DNA of 64,000 nt from contig OZ176050.1 in the NCBI GenBank assembly GCA_964247055.1, positions 3,906,001 through 3,970,000 of the forward strand, given 5' to 3'. Positions 12,519 through 25,214 of this stretch are shown here, piece by piece; the first letter of the stretch is position 1; each line of letters starts with the position of its first letter. The notes under the pieces are model-generated. The model saw nothing but the letters and a program-made list of their open reading frames with translations. It searched no databases and had not been told where the DNA came from. Source of the DNA: Paragordius varius. Its lineage: Eukaryota; Animalia; Nematomorpha. A program made the position numbers and the translations under genes.

Positions 12519-14132
12519 AAAAAAACGCTTAGGAGTTTGCGGCCTCGATCTAGGTAACGCCCATGAAACCAAGCCAAAATTCGTCTTCGCGCAGCTGTTG
12601 GGATAACCAACCGATCACCGACATAAACGAAACCATCGGCTTGTTTGAGATCATTTATAACGGGTTTGAATGCGGATAATTTCGGTGTTGACCAATCATT
12701 ATTTTTAAGTGCCATACGTAGTCGTTTTAACAGTTTATCCTCCAAACAATCTTTTTTTATTTGCGTTTTATTTAAATTTAAATCCACGAATGCGATTTGT
12801 CGGATTTTTTCGGCCACATATTCATCATCATTGTCTACGGATGTCTGACTCTTTTCGGGAAGTCTTGAAAACACATCGGCCATGTTTGTCGATCCTGCAA
12901 TGTATTTCATATCAAAATCATACGCGGCGGCCTTGTAGATCCATCTTAACAATTTACATTTTTTAATATCACTTAACTTCCGATTGTTTCCGAATAAATG
13001 AACCAACGGCTTATGATCTGACCAGACCTAACATTTCTGTCCATAAATATAATAATGGAATTTTTCTAAACCAAATAACAAAGCCTTGGTTTCCAATTCA
13101 ATCACAGAATTTTTCTCTGCATTCTGGCATTTTCTTGACGCGAACAATTGGTACCATTTTCTTATTCTCCATTTGCAGAAGTACAGCTTCAAAGCCTTTT
13201 GTAGACGCATCCACTTGTATTATTGTTTTATTATTTATGTTATAAGTGGCAAGTAAAGATTCTCTTTATATTAAGTTTTTTGCTTCTTGCTTAAATTCAT
13301 TTTGATGTTCTTGTAACCATCTCCCTTCCTTTTTGGATCTTTCCCCATCCACCGGGATTTGAAGGTATGCGTCCTTTAAATCAATGGACGAGAACCATGT
13401 GGATCCCGCACATTTAGACGCGATCGTGTCAAATGTCGGGATAATCTGAGATATGTTATCCATCAAAGAATTGATAGTTACCCGGAAATCCGCGCACACC
13501 CTAATTTCCCCATTAGTTTTTACGACGTTAACCGTAGGAATCGCCCATTCCACATGGTGTTGTGTAGGATCCACGGGACTCACTATTCCCAGGTCCATCA
13601 GTCTCTGCATTTCCATCTCACTTTACTCTGTAGTGCCAATGGAATTCGCCGTGCAGCGCAGACTTTGGTATTGCATCTGATCGGACATACAATTTGACAG
13701 GATAACCGCTGTAACAACCCAATTTCCCGTTAAAGAGTTTTGGAAATCGCTTGAATACATATCATCATGACCATTATTATTATTAGATGTTATTTGATTA
13801 ACTTTCACGTTATCCGGTAAGGTCATGCCACAACCAATGATCCAAGGCAGCCCAAATATCGGAGATAGCTCTTCTTCCGTCACAAAACATTCTAATTTCT
13901 TCGTAATATTTCCCATTGTTACATTGACAACTGTTTTTCCCAAGAGTTTGATTGGGTTGTTTCCGTAGGAAGTTAATCTGGGAGCACTTTTTAGTAACGG
14001 TGCTCCCACCGTCTTCCAAACATTTTTATTAATCAGAGAAGCAGCAGCTCCAGTATCAAAAACCATACTAACAGCTTGGCCATTAATCGTAGCGCAAATG
14101 TTCGCTTGTGTGCCCCATTTATTATAATTAGC
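12519..14132 (-). pseudogene. Decayed pol remnant (protease, partial RT, RNase H, start of the integrase region)
   Basis: ORF pieces 13623-14225, 13266-13616, 13028-13210 and 12491-13006 with frameshifts. The RT catalytic core is deleted after LQIPVD. Confidence 0.85.
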
Positions 14133-14140
14133 GTTTATAT

Positions 14141-17042
14141 CAGGGGTGTCCAACACAAATGGCTTGAGGAGCCACCTTTTCAACCTCAAAATTCCAAAGA
14201 GCCACTTTTTATTTATAAATATCAAGACATTGGTAACAAATAAATTTATTATATTAACATAAACATGTGCTAATCTTCATATAAAAAAATTAACAGTATA
14301 AATATAATAATGCTTTGCTAATTAAATTATATCAAGTGTAAAAAAAGATAAAAATACATGGATATGATAAATTTATTGCAATTCGATAGTATGACTAGAG
14401 TAGACTGTAATTTAATCGCCAAAATGTAACCTTATTTATTCAGACAGCGAGTTAATCATGAGGTGCGCACATGAAATTATAAAATGTGTTTTAAGTATTT
14501 CGCGCGATTCAAGATCACGATGAATCAAGCAATGGACCTGACTTAAAAGAAAGTACATAAAAGCACATATATTAGCATCCTTAATTGATAGTCTCTACAA
14601 AAGAAATGTTACCTTCTTAAAGGGAGATGATAATCATGCAATTTAAAATGTATTGAGTTAAATATGAGCGTGTCTTGTTTGTAACGAATGGTCCCCATCC
14701 ACGATGGGAAAAAGCAAGGGTAAGATGGAAACCGATGCCATAAATATGATCAAATATATATAAAGCATTGACACCGTAAAAATCTCTGTGCACATGATTG
14801 TAGTCGAGGAAAATGTCTAATAAAGTTTTTTTATCTAATAAAAATAAAAGAAATAAATATTTTTCATTGCATAATTAAATTTTTAATGGGATATTTGTTT
14901 TGTAATTTTTTTGCTTAATTTATTCAGATCTATATCAATATTTGATACAGCACATCTCAATTCATTCTCCAAGTTTTCATCAGTTATAAAAGAACGAAGA
15001 GATTTTGTGTATTTCATTTTAGAAAATAAACTTTCACAAAGATAAGTGGACCCAACACAAATCTTTGTGCAAAAATTCTTAAATTAGGAAATTTATCCAA
15101 CGTTATATATTTTTTATAAAATTTTATTTTTTTGCTCAAATAATAATTTTGATTCATTATTGGATTGCAAATCTAGTAATTCCATTTGTAAATTAATAGG
15201 AGCGTTGATAGCTTCAACGTAGAATGGACAACAAATTAAATCTTTTTATATTTTGTCATATCCCCGTATCGATTATTTAAAGCTTTTGATAATATGTTAA
15301 TTTGATCTGCATATTCTGAAAAATCGTTAGTTTTACCAGCTAAATCTATTCAATTCTGGACAATGTTCAGCATTATTTTTTAAAATGGCATTCAAATAAC
15401 ACAATTTTTTACAAAACGCTTTAATATGGTTATTCTCATCAACAATTAAATTATCTTGCTTTTGCAAGGATTTATTTAATTGATTTAGTTTTAAAGATAT
15501 CTACGGAAAAGCATAAATCTGACAACCAATCTTCATTGGTTAATTCCTCTACCAAATAATTATTCTGCAATAGAAAAATATTTATTTCTTTAAATAAATA
15601 ATAAAACCTTTTTAGACATTTTCCTCGACTTAGCCACCTTACATTTGAAAAAAATATAAGATCTCCATATTATGAATGAATTTCTTTTTCAAAGCATGAG
15701 ATTTTATAAAATTACTACTTTAATAACAACGGTCATAACATTGTCCATTGTCAGAGCATGTGCGCAGAGGTTTACACGGTGAATCATGCAATGCATTATA
15801 TATATGGTCAATATTAATACCATCGGATTCCATCTTATTTAACAATAATTTCACGGTTCCCTTGTTTTTTCCCATCATAGCTGGGGCACCATCTGTTGTC
15901 AAACAAGATAGCGCCCTCATATTTAATTTATGATCCTCAATACATTTTAAAATTGCATGAATATCATCTCCCTTAGTTGTATTTTTCATCGGAAGTAAGC
16001 CTAACATATCTTCCGAAAAATTCATCTATATGTTGCTTATATCTGTGCTTTCATCAAATGACAAGGAAAACGCCACAAAATTTTGAATTTTTTCTTTTAG
16101 GGAAAGTTGAATTTCTTCTGCGATGTCTGTAATTCGTCGACACATTGTATTGCGCGAAAGCCTTATACTGTATATTAATTCAACTTTATTAGGCCAAACA
16201 CCTATAATTTCCAGTACGCATTCCTTTGCAAACTCATCATCATAATAAAGCTTCATTTTTTTGGCGAGTAAATTGGCAACAATTTAACTTGCCTTTATTA
16301 TCGGATAAGGTTGCGTGAATAAAATTGTTGGTTGGAGATTATTACTATTTTTTAACGATTCCAATTTTATTATTTTCATTTCTGTACTCATATTAATAAA
16401 ATCCAAATGCATGGTATTGGCATGTCTTTTTAAATTATATTCGCGAAACTCGTTTGTCTTAAATTTGCAAATAAGGCACTCCGCTTTGTTGAAAATTTGA
16501 GTAAACCCATATTTTGATTCCCAGCCGGGATTGTTTTTTTAGTTACTTTTTTAGATTTATGCATATTGAAAGCTAAATAAATTATTTTAAATACCTATTT
16601 TTTGCAAGTAATTTAATGTTTCAATGGACCCAAATTATAATTCCCAGTATTGGTATGAAAGCTATCTTAAATACCTATTTTTTGCAAGTAATTTAATTTT
16701 TCAATGAACCTTAATTATAATTGCCAGTATTGGTATGAAAGCTAAATAAATTATTTTAAATACCTATTTTTTGCAAGTAATTTAATGTTTTAATTAAATG
16801 TGAAAGTTATCATCTTGAAGTTGGAATGAATGCGATGATAGATATTTATAATAAAGAATTTTATAAAAAGTTTTTAAAAATAATTTAAATGTCAAAATAA
16901 AAATGCATAATTTACATATAAAAAATTTTTAAAAAATTATTTTTTTTTTAAAAAAAAATTTTTTTTTCAAAATTTTCAAAGAGCCACTCAAAATTTTAAA
17001 TGAGCCACTAGTGGCTCGCGAGTACCCTGTTGGACACCCCTG
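14141..17042 (-). mobile_element. hAT transposon (SPIN/GTF2IRD2-like), decayed transposase, inserted between gag and protease
   Basis: Perfect 15-bp TIR CAGGGGTGTCCAACA; 8-bp TSD GTTTATAT (14133-14140, 17043-17050). Motifs FSLSFDESTD, LTTDGAPAMMG, YLCESLFSKMKY. About 90-bp tandem repeats at 16567-16790. Confidence 0.92.
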
Positions 17043-17050
17043 GTTTATAT

Positions 17051-17839
17051 TATCAATATATCGTTTTTTATGGCGACACATTGCCTGAAAATGATTTTTT
17101 TATTACGATTGTGGCATATTTTTCCGAACGCGGGACATTGTTTTGGTATATGCGATTTACCACATTTGCCACATCTCCGCTTCCATTTATTATTAATGCC
17201 ATCATCATTTTTTTTATATTCCATATTATTACTCTTATAATTATTATTATTATTATCATTCAACCGATTCTTTTGAATTTTGAGGATACTGCTTGACGAC
17301 ACATGGTAGGCAATATCGGCCCTTGCAAGTTCCTGAGCCAAGGCCATGTCGACAATGGTGGTTAAAGACACCGCCTTCCCATCACACTTCGCATCGGGGA
17401 ATCGTGAATAAAGATCCACTTCCAATGATTGCAAGTTTAATCCAGCCATAAAACTGTCTCTAATTCTCTCCTCCACCTCTGTTTGAAATTCAGCCTTTTC
17501 CGCCACACTCTTGACTCTTTGCAAAAATTCCGTGAATGTTTCTCCATCATTTCTCCGCAAACGAGCAAACTCAAACCTTGCAGCGAAGACAGACTTGGCA
17601 GGTGAGAAAAGTTTAAGACCAATGTCATGAATTATAGACTAAGGTGCATCATCAATTGATTCCGGAAAAATCATTGTTTCGATCTTATTAATTGTTTTAA
17701 GACCAGCTCCAGCCAAAAACAGTACTTTGATATTATCATCATTTATATCAACATTTTTGGTGATCATAACTCTTTTGACATATCTGATATAGGTGGCAAA
17801 ATCATAATTGTCATCATATCCTTCGATTGAAATTTTCAT
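17051..17839 (-). pseudogene. gag remnant of the gypsy element
   Basis: MKISIEGY... starts just after the PBS; one stop or frameshift; ERIRDSFMAGL motif and a Cys/His knuckle region. Confidence 0.8.
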
Positions 17840-17841
17840 CG

Positions 17842-17853
17842 TCCTCGTCGCCA
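17842..17853 (-). promoter_or_regulatory. Primer-binding site TGGCGACGAGGA, consistent with tRNA-Ser(GCU)
   Basis: Lies 3 nt inside the 5' LTR. Complementary to ...TCCTCGTCGCCA, which I recall as the 3' end of animal tRNA-Ser(GCU); not searched. Confidence 0.75.
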
Positions 17854-17856
17854 AAA

Positions 17857-17988
17857 TGATATGAATCGTGATGAAAATACAATACAATAATAATTTATTA
17901 AAAATTTCGTGATATTTATGCTTTTTAATTAATGATAATTTTAACATGCATGTGTGTCACAATTGTAAGAATATGTCCTTTATTCTAC

Positions 17989-18025
<37 letters not shown>

Positions 18026-18133
18026 TTCCACGAATAATGACGCACGAACATAAACGCCAAACGCGATTAATATAATAATATGATGTAAGATAAAAATACA
18101 ATGATGCAATGTTGTAATATCAACTACATATCA
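17857..18133 (-). repeat. 5' LTR of the gypsy element, containing (TA)n
   Basis: Direct repeat of 12250-12504 with TG...CA ends and an adjacent PBS. Confidence 0.9.
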
Positions 18134-19456
18134 ATAACTTAATTAATTTCTTAGCAAAAACTTCCTAAATTAAATGAAAATAAATTTGTATAGCTCTAAT
18201 CTGATGTAATAATGGCTCCAAAGTCAGAAATCAGTACAATAATTTATTATAGAGAGAAATATTTTTGGTCGAAAACAAGAAAAGGCGAAATTTATATCAA
18301 CCAACTTTAAGGTAAGGCCATCTGGCATTATAAACTAACAATGTGTTCATAGTTTTATGAACCTAAATTATTTATTTTTAAGCTATTTATAACTAAAATT
18401 TCTTATATCTCGAACTTTTAGCCATTAAATTTTCTTTAACTTTTTGTAGATTATTGATTATCAGCTGTTTTAAGAATATGATTAATTTATGTTTTTAATT
18501 TATATTAGTTACAAAATTGAATAAGGCTAATGTTTGATAAAAATATTGAATAGAATATCGCGATTTCAAGGTATAAGGTTTCATCTTTATATTTTAGCAA
18601 CAATGAAATTAAATTTAAATTTTTTTTGACTTCGGGACTACAAAACCCTTAAATTAATATATAAGTTATAAATCATATAACTTAAATTTGTTTTTTTAAA
18701 AAAAATATTTTTCCATTTTAATTTCAACGCCCTTCTATATTTAATCGTTTAATTTTTATTCTTATTTAGCAGGCAAGCTGTTTTTGATCGTTGAGTTTCA
18801 GAATTTTTTACTACTCTAAAAATCATTTAGAAATTAAATTGATCTGGCAAAAAAATTAATATAATACCAAAACAGCATTATGGTATCACAGTATCCAAAA
18901 TACAATTAAAGATGCTCCAAAAGACAACAATAGATGCGAAAAAAACTAATAAATATCTTTTAATACCGTTTGACCAAGGGCAAATATATAAAAATAAAAT
19001 TATAATAATAATCAGTTTCGTAAAAACAGAAATACATATTTTTATTCTATATTATTTATGTTAAAATCTTGTCCGATTTCCAATTTTTAAACATAACGAT
19101 TCTAAACAGATTAAATAAAATTATATACTACAATATTTGACATAGTAACACATTTTGCTGATTCATTATTCAATGAATATTTTTATAATTTATTACAAAA
19201 AAATAAAAACAAAATAAACGCATTTCGTATAAATAAGTTATAACGTAATATATCCACGAAAGTTGAGACAATAGACATCAAGCAAATTCTTGGAACATTT
19301 CAGTTTTAGGGCATATTATATGTGAAATTTTTAATATTAAGTGCGTAAATAAATTATCATATATAATCTTCTTCGAGATAATATAAAGATATAAATTATT
19401 ATTTTATCAATCATTTTATCAATCATTTAATTTTTTTTACTTGTAAAAAAAGAAAT

Positions 19457-22255
19457 ATGTTATATCAAAATAATTATACAGCTATACTATTAATAATCTC
19501 AATTATAATTGTAAATTTATTCGCTGTTTATGAATCATCAAAAAAATCGGCAGGATGCCCAACTTTACCCAGGAATGTTGATTGTACTTGTATTTTAGAA
19601 TCGACGAACGATTACCTCGTTTATTGCCAAAGCGTATTTCACACGGAACACATTCACACGGTAATCAAGGCTTTTGATACACCTAAACACCGAGATATAC
19701 CCATTAAGTTTTGGATTTTAAATTCCAAGTTTGACAGCATTGACACCATCAAATTACCTGACACCAATGTTAAAATTGTGGGCTTGGAATTTTTGTACAC
19801 ATTCATTCGACAAATATCTGAGACTGCGTTCGATTCTATAAGTGCTGATCTCCAAGAATTAGTCGTTATGGATGATACTGCGACCTCAGTTATGCACACG
19901 GATAGCATAAAAATAATTTTGAAAGCCATGACTCATCTTAAAAAACTTAAAAAAATTATCTTATACTTTCCAGATTTATTCCATTTTGATATCGGATATT
20001 TGAATAATTTCAGTGAATTGGAGGATTTGCAGCTTGAAATACCTCATGTAATGTATGTACATGGAGATCATCTCAATTTACCGAAATTAAAAAGGTTTAT
20101 CCTTCAAAGTAAAATATCTCATATTCCACCCGAAATCAGCAATCTTACTAGCATACAAATATTATCCATATATTCAAATTACCTAAACGATATCAATGAC
20201 GAAGCATTTAGATTTTTGATAAATGTTAAGACATTAGACCTATCTTCTGGTCTTGAGAAAGTCGCTATAAATTTTACATCCAATTTTAAGGATTTACAAA
20301 ATTTAGACTTAGCCAATAATCATTTAACTACTCTGCCATCGTTTTGCAAAACAGCGGTAACAAGGAATAGGTATGATGTAAATATTAAAATTGCCCTTTT
20401 ATTTAATTTAAAGTATGAAACTATACATAACAAGGTTAATTTTAAACTTGATTTAATTGATTTTTCATTTGAATTTCTATTGGCATTTTAAAGATTTATT
20501 TTATTTCTACTTAAGTGTTGCAATCGCCATAGTAGTGACCAATGACTGACTTATCATTAAAATGCGTGTCCGCATTATATTTGTAATTTATTTCATAGTG
20601 AAAAAATATTTAAGTTTTTTAACGCCTGAGTTGAGCTTTTTTCCTATTTGTTTTTTAGGAAGAATGAGAGCTTCATTAATTCAATTATCTAAGGTCGGTC
20701 ATAACATAAACTAAAAACTAAACGTTATATATATATACAACTGTATTTAGACATTTGTCCAATTTATCCGCAATCATTTTGTCTCAAAATTTATTGACTG
20801 ATGATAGTCTGAAACCAGAAGTTTTTGCGGGCTGTACCAATTTAACACATTTAATATTGGATGCAAATAAGATTGAATCACCTCCAAACGATTTTTTGAT
20901 GGATTCACAATCTACCCTTACGAGCTTACACATGTCCCATAACCATATTAAACGGGTTCCAGTTGGTTTATTAAGGAATCTCCCTAATTTAACATCTTTA
21001 AATTTGGGATATAATAATATTATTGAGGTGGCACCCCATGCATTCAGTCAAAATGCAAAATTACAAAATCTCAATTTAAATGGTAATAAAATCAAGAGAT
21101 TTGAACTGCTTGATGACAAGATTCTTACCAATATTAATACAATATGGTTAGGAAATAATCTTCTGACGGAATTTCCCTTTGAATCCATTCAAAATTATCA
21201 AAATCTCACCAGCCTTATATTAAACAAAAATAAAATTAAAAGTATCGACGGGCTTCTGGATCTGATCAAAGTTAGTCCGAAAAAACGCATATATTTACAT
21301 GGTAAGACTCTCTTTTATTGGGTGCATTATTGCAGTAAAAATTTGAATTAATATGCAGACTAAACGTTAAAAGTAAACAACAAATTTTTATTGAAAAGAC
21401 AACCAATCAGGTTTTTTAAAACCATGATTTTTAATACTCGTATAATTAATTTATATAATTAAGCGTATATCAATTTACATCAATCCCATTCGGCAACCCA
21501 AAACGACGTACATTAAAAAGATTAAGATTGGTTTTCTTTTTTAAAATATAGTCTCAGTCTGTGTATTATCAATTTTCTGTTTTTATCCTATTAAAAACAT
21601 TTTTTTAAGAAGAAATAAATAATTCCATTATTTTTCGATGCATATCAATTTTTTTATAGATAATCCCATTGTGTGTGATTGTGACACTTATAATTTGGCA
21701 TATTGGTACAACAATGAATATAAATTAAACCAAGGACAGAAAACGGTGAATATGGAATACATGGATTATATTGATGTTAGTGAAGTGTCTAGTCTTGAAA
21801 TCATAGGAACATGTTCTAATCTCGATTACAGCATAACAGAAATATCGTTAACTGATGCAAGCTTAATTGAAAAACTCTCCCCCCTTTGTGATTCGGAAAA
21901 TAAACCACCAAACGTTATTATACGTGCTAAATCAACCGTTCGACAAATAGATACAAGTACTCCCAGTAAATATATTTCGGATTTAACAACCTCGTCTTCG
22001 ATAATTTCCTCCTTGTTAAGCAATCGTACAACGACAAAATTGGTCAACAAACAACCCGATCAACGTGAGCTGCAAAAATATAAACAAAATACATACATTT
22101 TTGGTTCCCTATTTGTCCTGACTGTTTTTATGCTTGGCATATTAATCATGCAACGTTTTGAATTAATTCCAAACACATTTAAACAAAAAACGGTGGGATT
22201 ATTTCAAGCGTCTCCCCTTTCCCTTAACACGAAAAATAATCAAGTAAACAAGTAA
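19457..22255 (+). CDS. LRR transmembrane receptor-like protein, copy 2; join(19457..20370,20751..21301,21660..22255), 686 aa, tail truncated by a retroposon
   Basis: Same splice sites and phases as copy 1; exons 914, 551 and 596 bp keep frame. Ends ...TKNN-QVNK*, with QVNK* read from the insertion; the original 33-aa end lies at 23788-23889. Confidence 0.88.
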
Positions 22256-22444
22256 ACAAGTAAAGGGTGTAGCGTCGGAAGATCGTCGGCCACCTGCCGT
22301 CAAGGCAATCCCTACCCACCCGTAATGCATTGAGCTTCAGAGCGGGGAAACACATCGGAATTTGGGGTTGACGTTAGTATCTACATACATAAATAAAAGC
22401 CTTCATGTTAGATGTGTTAATGGGAGTTAGTATAGTTAATAAGC

Positions 22445-22476
<32 letters not shown>

Positions 22477-23776
22477 TTTTTAAAAGAAATGTTAATATCG
22501 CCTTGTTAGGTAAATAAAAGCAATATTTGAGTTTAAATAACCGTACAAACAGGGTTTGATTACTCCATAAAGTAATGTCAAAGGTCTATATTGGATCAAA
22601 TGTAGAGTTAATTAAGCTCTTATCTTTGGTGTGGAAGGGGATCTTCTTTTGCTTCTAAATGAGTGTGGCCTTTAAGGTAGACCAATTTTGGAGATCTTAG
22701 ACATTACAAGCGTCAACGTTACCCCTTCGTGCGACCATGTTTCAGTTGTACCTTCAACTGGGACGCTAACCCGGGATAAGTGGTCGTTGACCTTGCTCTG
22801 AGCTAAGTCTCAACTCCGACCAACAGAGATGTCGGAGATTGGTAACCAGCCCTGCTCAAATATCAGCGGCTCCAACATTGCTTCCCAGGACGTCGTCCCA
22901 CAATAATTGGCTAATAGTCTACTCAGAGTCGCGTCTTGCATGCTTTATACATTCAGTGGTACATTTTGTTCGTGGAATATCTCTGTGAAGCAGTCTATAT
23001 TCTTAAGGTGTTTACCATTAACAGATTTTGTTTTAAATATTACATCAATACTAACTGACTTTAACAGAGCGTTGTAAAATAAAAATTTATACCTTAATTA
23101 CATGAATACTAACTGACATTAACAGAGCGTTGTCAAATAAAAATTTATACCTTAATTGCATCAATACTGACATTAACAAAGCGTTGTAAAATAAAAATGT
23201 ATACCTTAATTACATGAATACTAACTGACATTAACAGAGCGTTGTGAAATAAAAATTTATACCTTAATTACATGAATACTAACTGACATTAACAGAGCGT
23301 TGTCAAATAAAATTTATACCTTAATTACATCAATATTAACTGACATTAACAGAGCGTTGTAAAATAAATTTCATACCTTATCCAGCAGTGGGAATTAACC
23401 TTAAATAATACCGACTTCGCAATAGTATCATTCAATCTGGAGCAAAGTATCCGGTTCAAATAAAAGTTGAATATTGGTAATCAGCCCTCAAATATCAGCG
23501 GTTCCGATGTCATCGTCATATAGCAGGGAAGTTTTGCGTTGGTTTTCAACGGGATAGGATTAGTAACTCTGGTGCGTTTCCTCTTGCCAAGAGCGTAAAA
23601 GTGATAGAGGTTTTCGGGGTATAATCGTAATCGCGTTCATCAGCGCAGCTTCAAAAGCTCAGTTGGCCACAATTATTAAAGTTTTTTCGGTAAGTTTTAA
23701 AGATCGGGGTCATTAAGGATTTACGGTCATTGTTCGATTCTAGCCTGGAGAGGATGTTGCGTCAGCCGGTGCCATC
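22243..23776 (-). mobile_element. 1.5-kb non-coding retroposon (non-LTR/SINE-like) in the last coding exon of copy 2
   Basis: 13-bp TSD CGAAAAATAATCA (22230-22242, 23777-23789); minus-strand 3' tail (TTTACTTG)n with a stem-loop before it; no long ORF; absent from copies 1, 3 and 4. Confidence 0.85.
23041..23380. repeat. 58-bp minisatellite x6 inside the retroposon
   Basis: Unit TACATGAATACTAACTGACATTAACAGAGCGTTGTCAAATAAAAATTTATACCTTAAT (54-58 bp), contiguous with no spacers. Confidence 0.95.
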
Positions 23777-25214
23777 CGAAAAATAATCATCGTTATGCCA
23801 ATGACATTTGGCAGAATGGCAGGGAAACATCTGATCGAATACATTTCAAAAATCATGAATTTGTTCCTCCTGCAACCTCTACCACATAATAAACTAATTA
23901 ATATTAATTGATCGGAAGATTACCGCTCATAAAATGTGATAGATTTTTATTGCTATCAATATATAGAAAATTTGTATATTATAATAAATAATTATCAATT
24001 AACATTTTCTCGTGTTATTTATATGATATTATCAATTCTTTAGTTGTTGTATTTCTGTAACATGGTTTAAGAGTTAAATTTAAAAAGTTAATAGAAATTT
24101 TTTAATATAGGCCATTTTCAATGGATTAAATGTTTAAGAATTGATCTCCTATTTTTTTAAATTCTGGTTTTGAGATAAATCTCGAAATCTATTAGTGCGT
24201 CCTATGATAGGACAAGACCTGTGATTCAATGTTTTTTCAGATAATGGGTCGCATATTATAAGATCAAGTGTTTTAATAGAAGACTTGGTTTTAATGGAGC
24301 ACATTTTGTTTAATTATTAGACTTTGGTGGCGGTAATCTTGCATGAATTGGAACCAAATTTAAATGAAATTATAAAAATAATATTAATAATTATGACTAA
24401 TAACAGTAACGTCTAAAAATTTGTAATACGCTGCAGTGTCAGTAGCGCCTTTTTTGAACAAAATTAAAATGATGTTTTAAAAATCATCAAACATTTTCTT
24501 TTTGCATACGAATGACTAATAAATTCATTTATGTTGCATTTGCAAATAACCTTTTTAGCCCCAAAAAATGTAAATTTGTGATTTTTTAGATTTTAGCGTC
24601 CAAAATGTATCCCTTAAACTTAAGGTACTTTATTGTTCTAAAGCAGGGCTGTTCAACAGGTGGTTACGGAGCCACTTGTGGCTCTTTGAAAATTTTGAGT
24701 GGCTTATCAAAAAAAATTGAACAAAATTTTTTTTATAAAAAGTTTAATTATTGAATAGCGATGTAAAATTTTTATTTTTTTTTAAAAAAATTTAAATTGA
24801 CTTCCATAAATTTTTTTACAAATTTTATTAATTTCCTCGAATTCATTTAATCATTTATTCCTTTACAATCTGAGAATCTTTAGAATGCCTCCCATAGTAA
24901 ACTTTTTTTGGTAAATATTTAGTGAAGAACCTATTTTTAATATAGCAGGGCTTCTTAAACTTTTGTAGTTCCCGACCCCATTTATGATTGCGAGTTTCTT
25001 AACGACCCCAACAAATAAAAAAAGAAAAATAATAATTTCTTCAAAATAACAATTGGAAATTTTGTTGATAATATTTATCAGGATTTTTGAGAGATTGAGA
25101 AAAACATATCTACATTTTTTATAAATTTGTATAACATTTTCTTATTCATTGTAAATTTATACAAGATACTAGCTGGCCCTGTCACGCTTCAGTGTGGCGT
25201 CATCTCACCGATAA

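Larger units (their letters stand above)
12250..18133 (-). mobile_element. Ty3/gypsy LTR retrotransposon (probably Mag-like), internally deleted, with nested hAT
   Basis: LTRs 12250-12504 and 17857-18133 (TGATATG...CATATCA); 5-bp TSD ATAAC, single at the empty site 34987-34991; PBS and PPT present. Remnant order gag (CGKCGKSH...CPA) - protease (MVFDTGAAASLI) - RT (IRVCADFR, IDLKDAYLQ) - RNase H. Confidence 0.92.

Noticed and set aside
22700-22800. HDV-like or twister ribozyme
   Set aside because: Hairpins exist, but I could not fit the required pseudoknot order; kept only as a structured segment.
23041-23380. CRISPR-like array
   Set aside because: Contiguous 58-bp units without unique spacers, no cas genes, eukaryotic context.
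23590-23670. Hammerhead ribozyme core (CTGATGA...GAAA on the minus strand)
   Set aside because: Stem II cannot pair, and stems I and III do not line up with a UH cleavage site.
23983-23988. AATAAA polyadenylation signal (also 47514)
   Set aside because: Plausible position, but uninformative in such AT-rich DNA.
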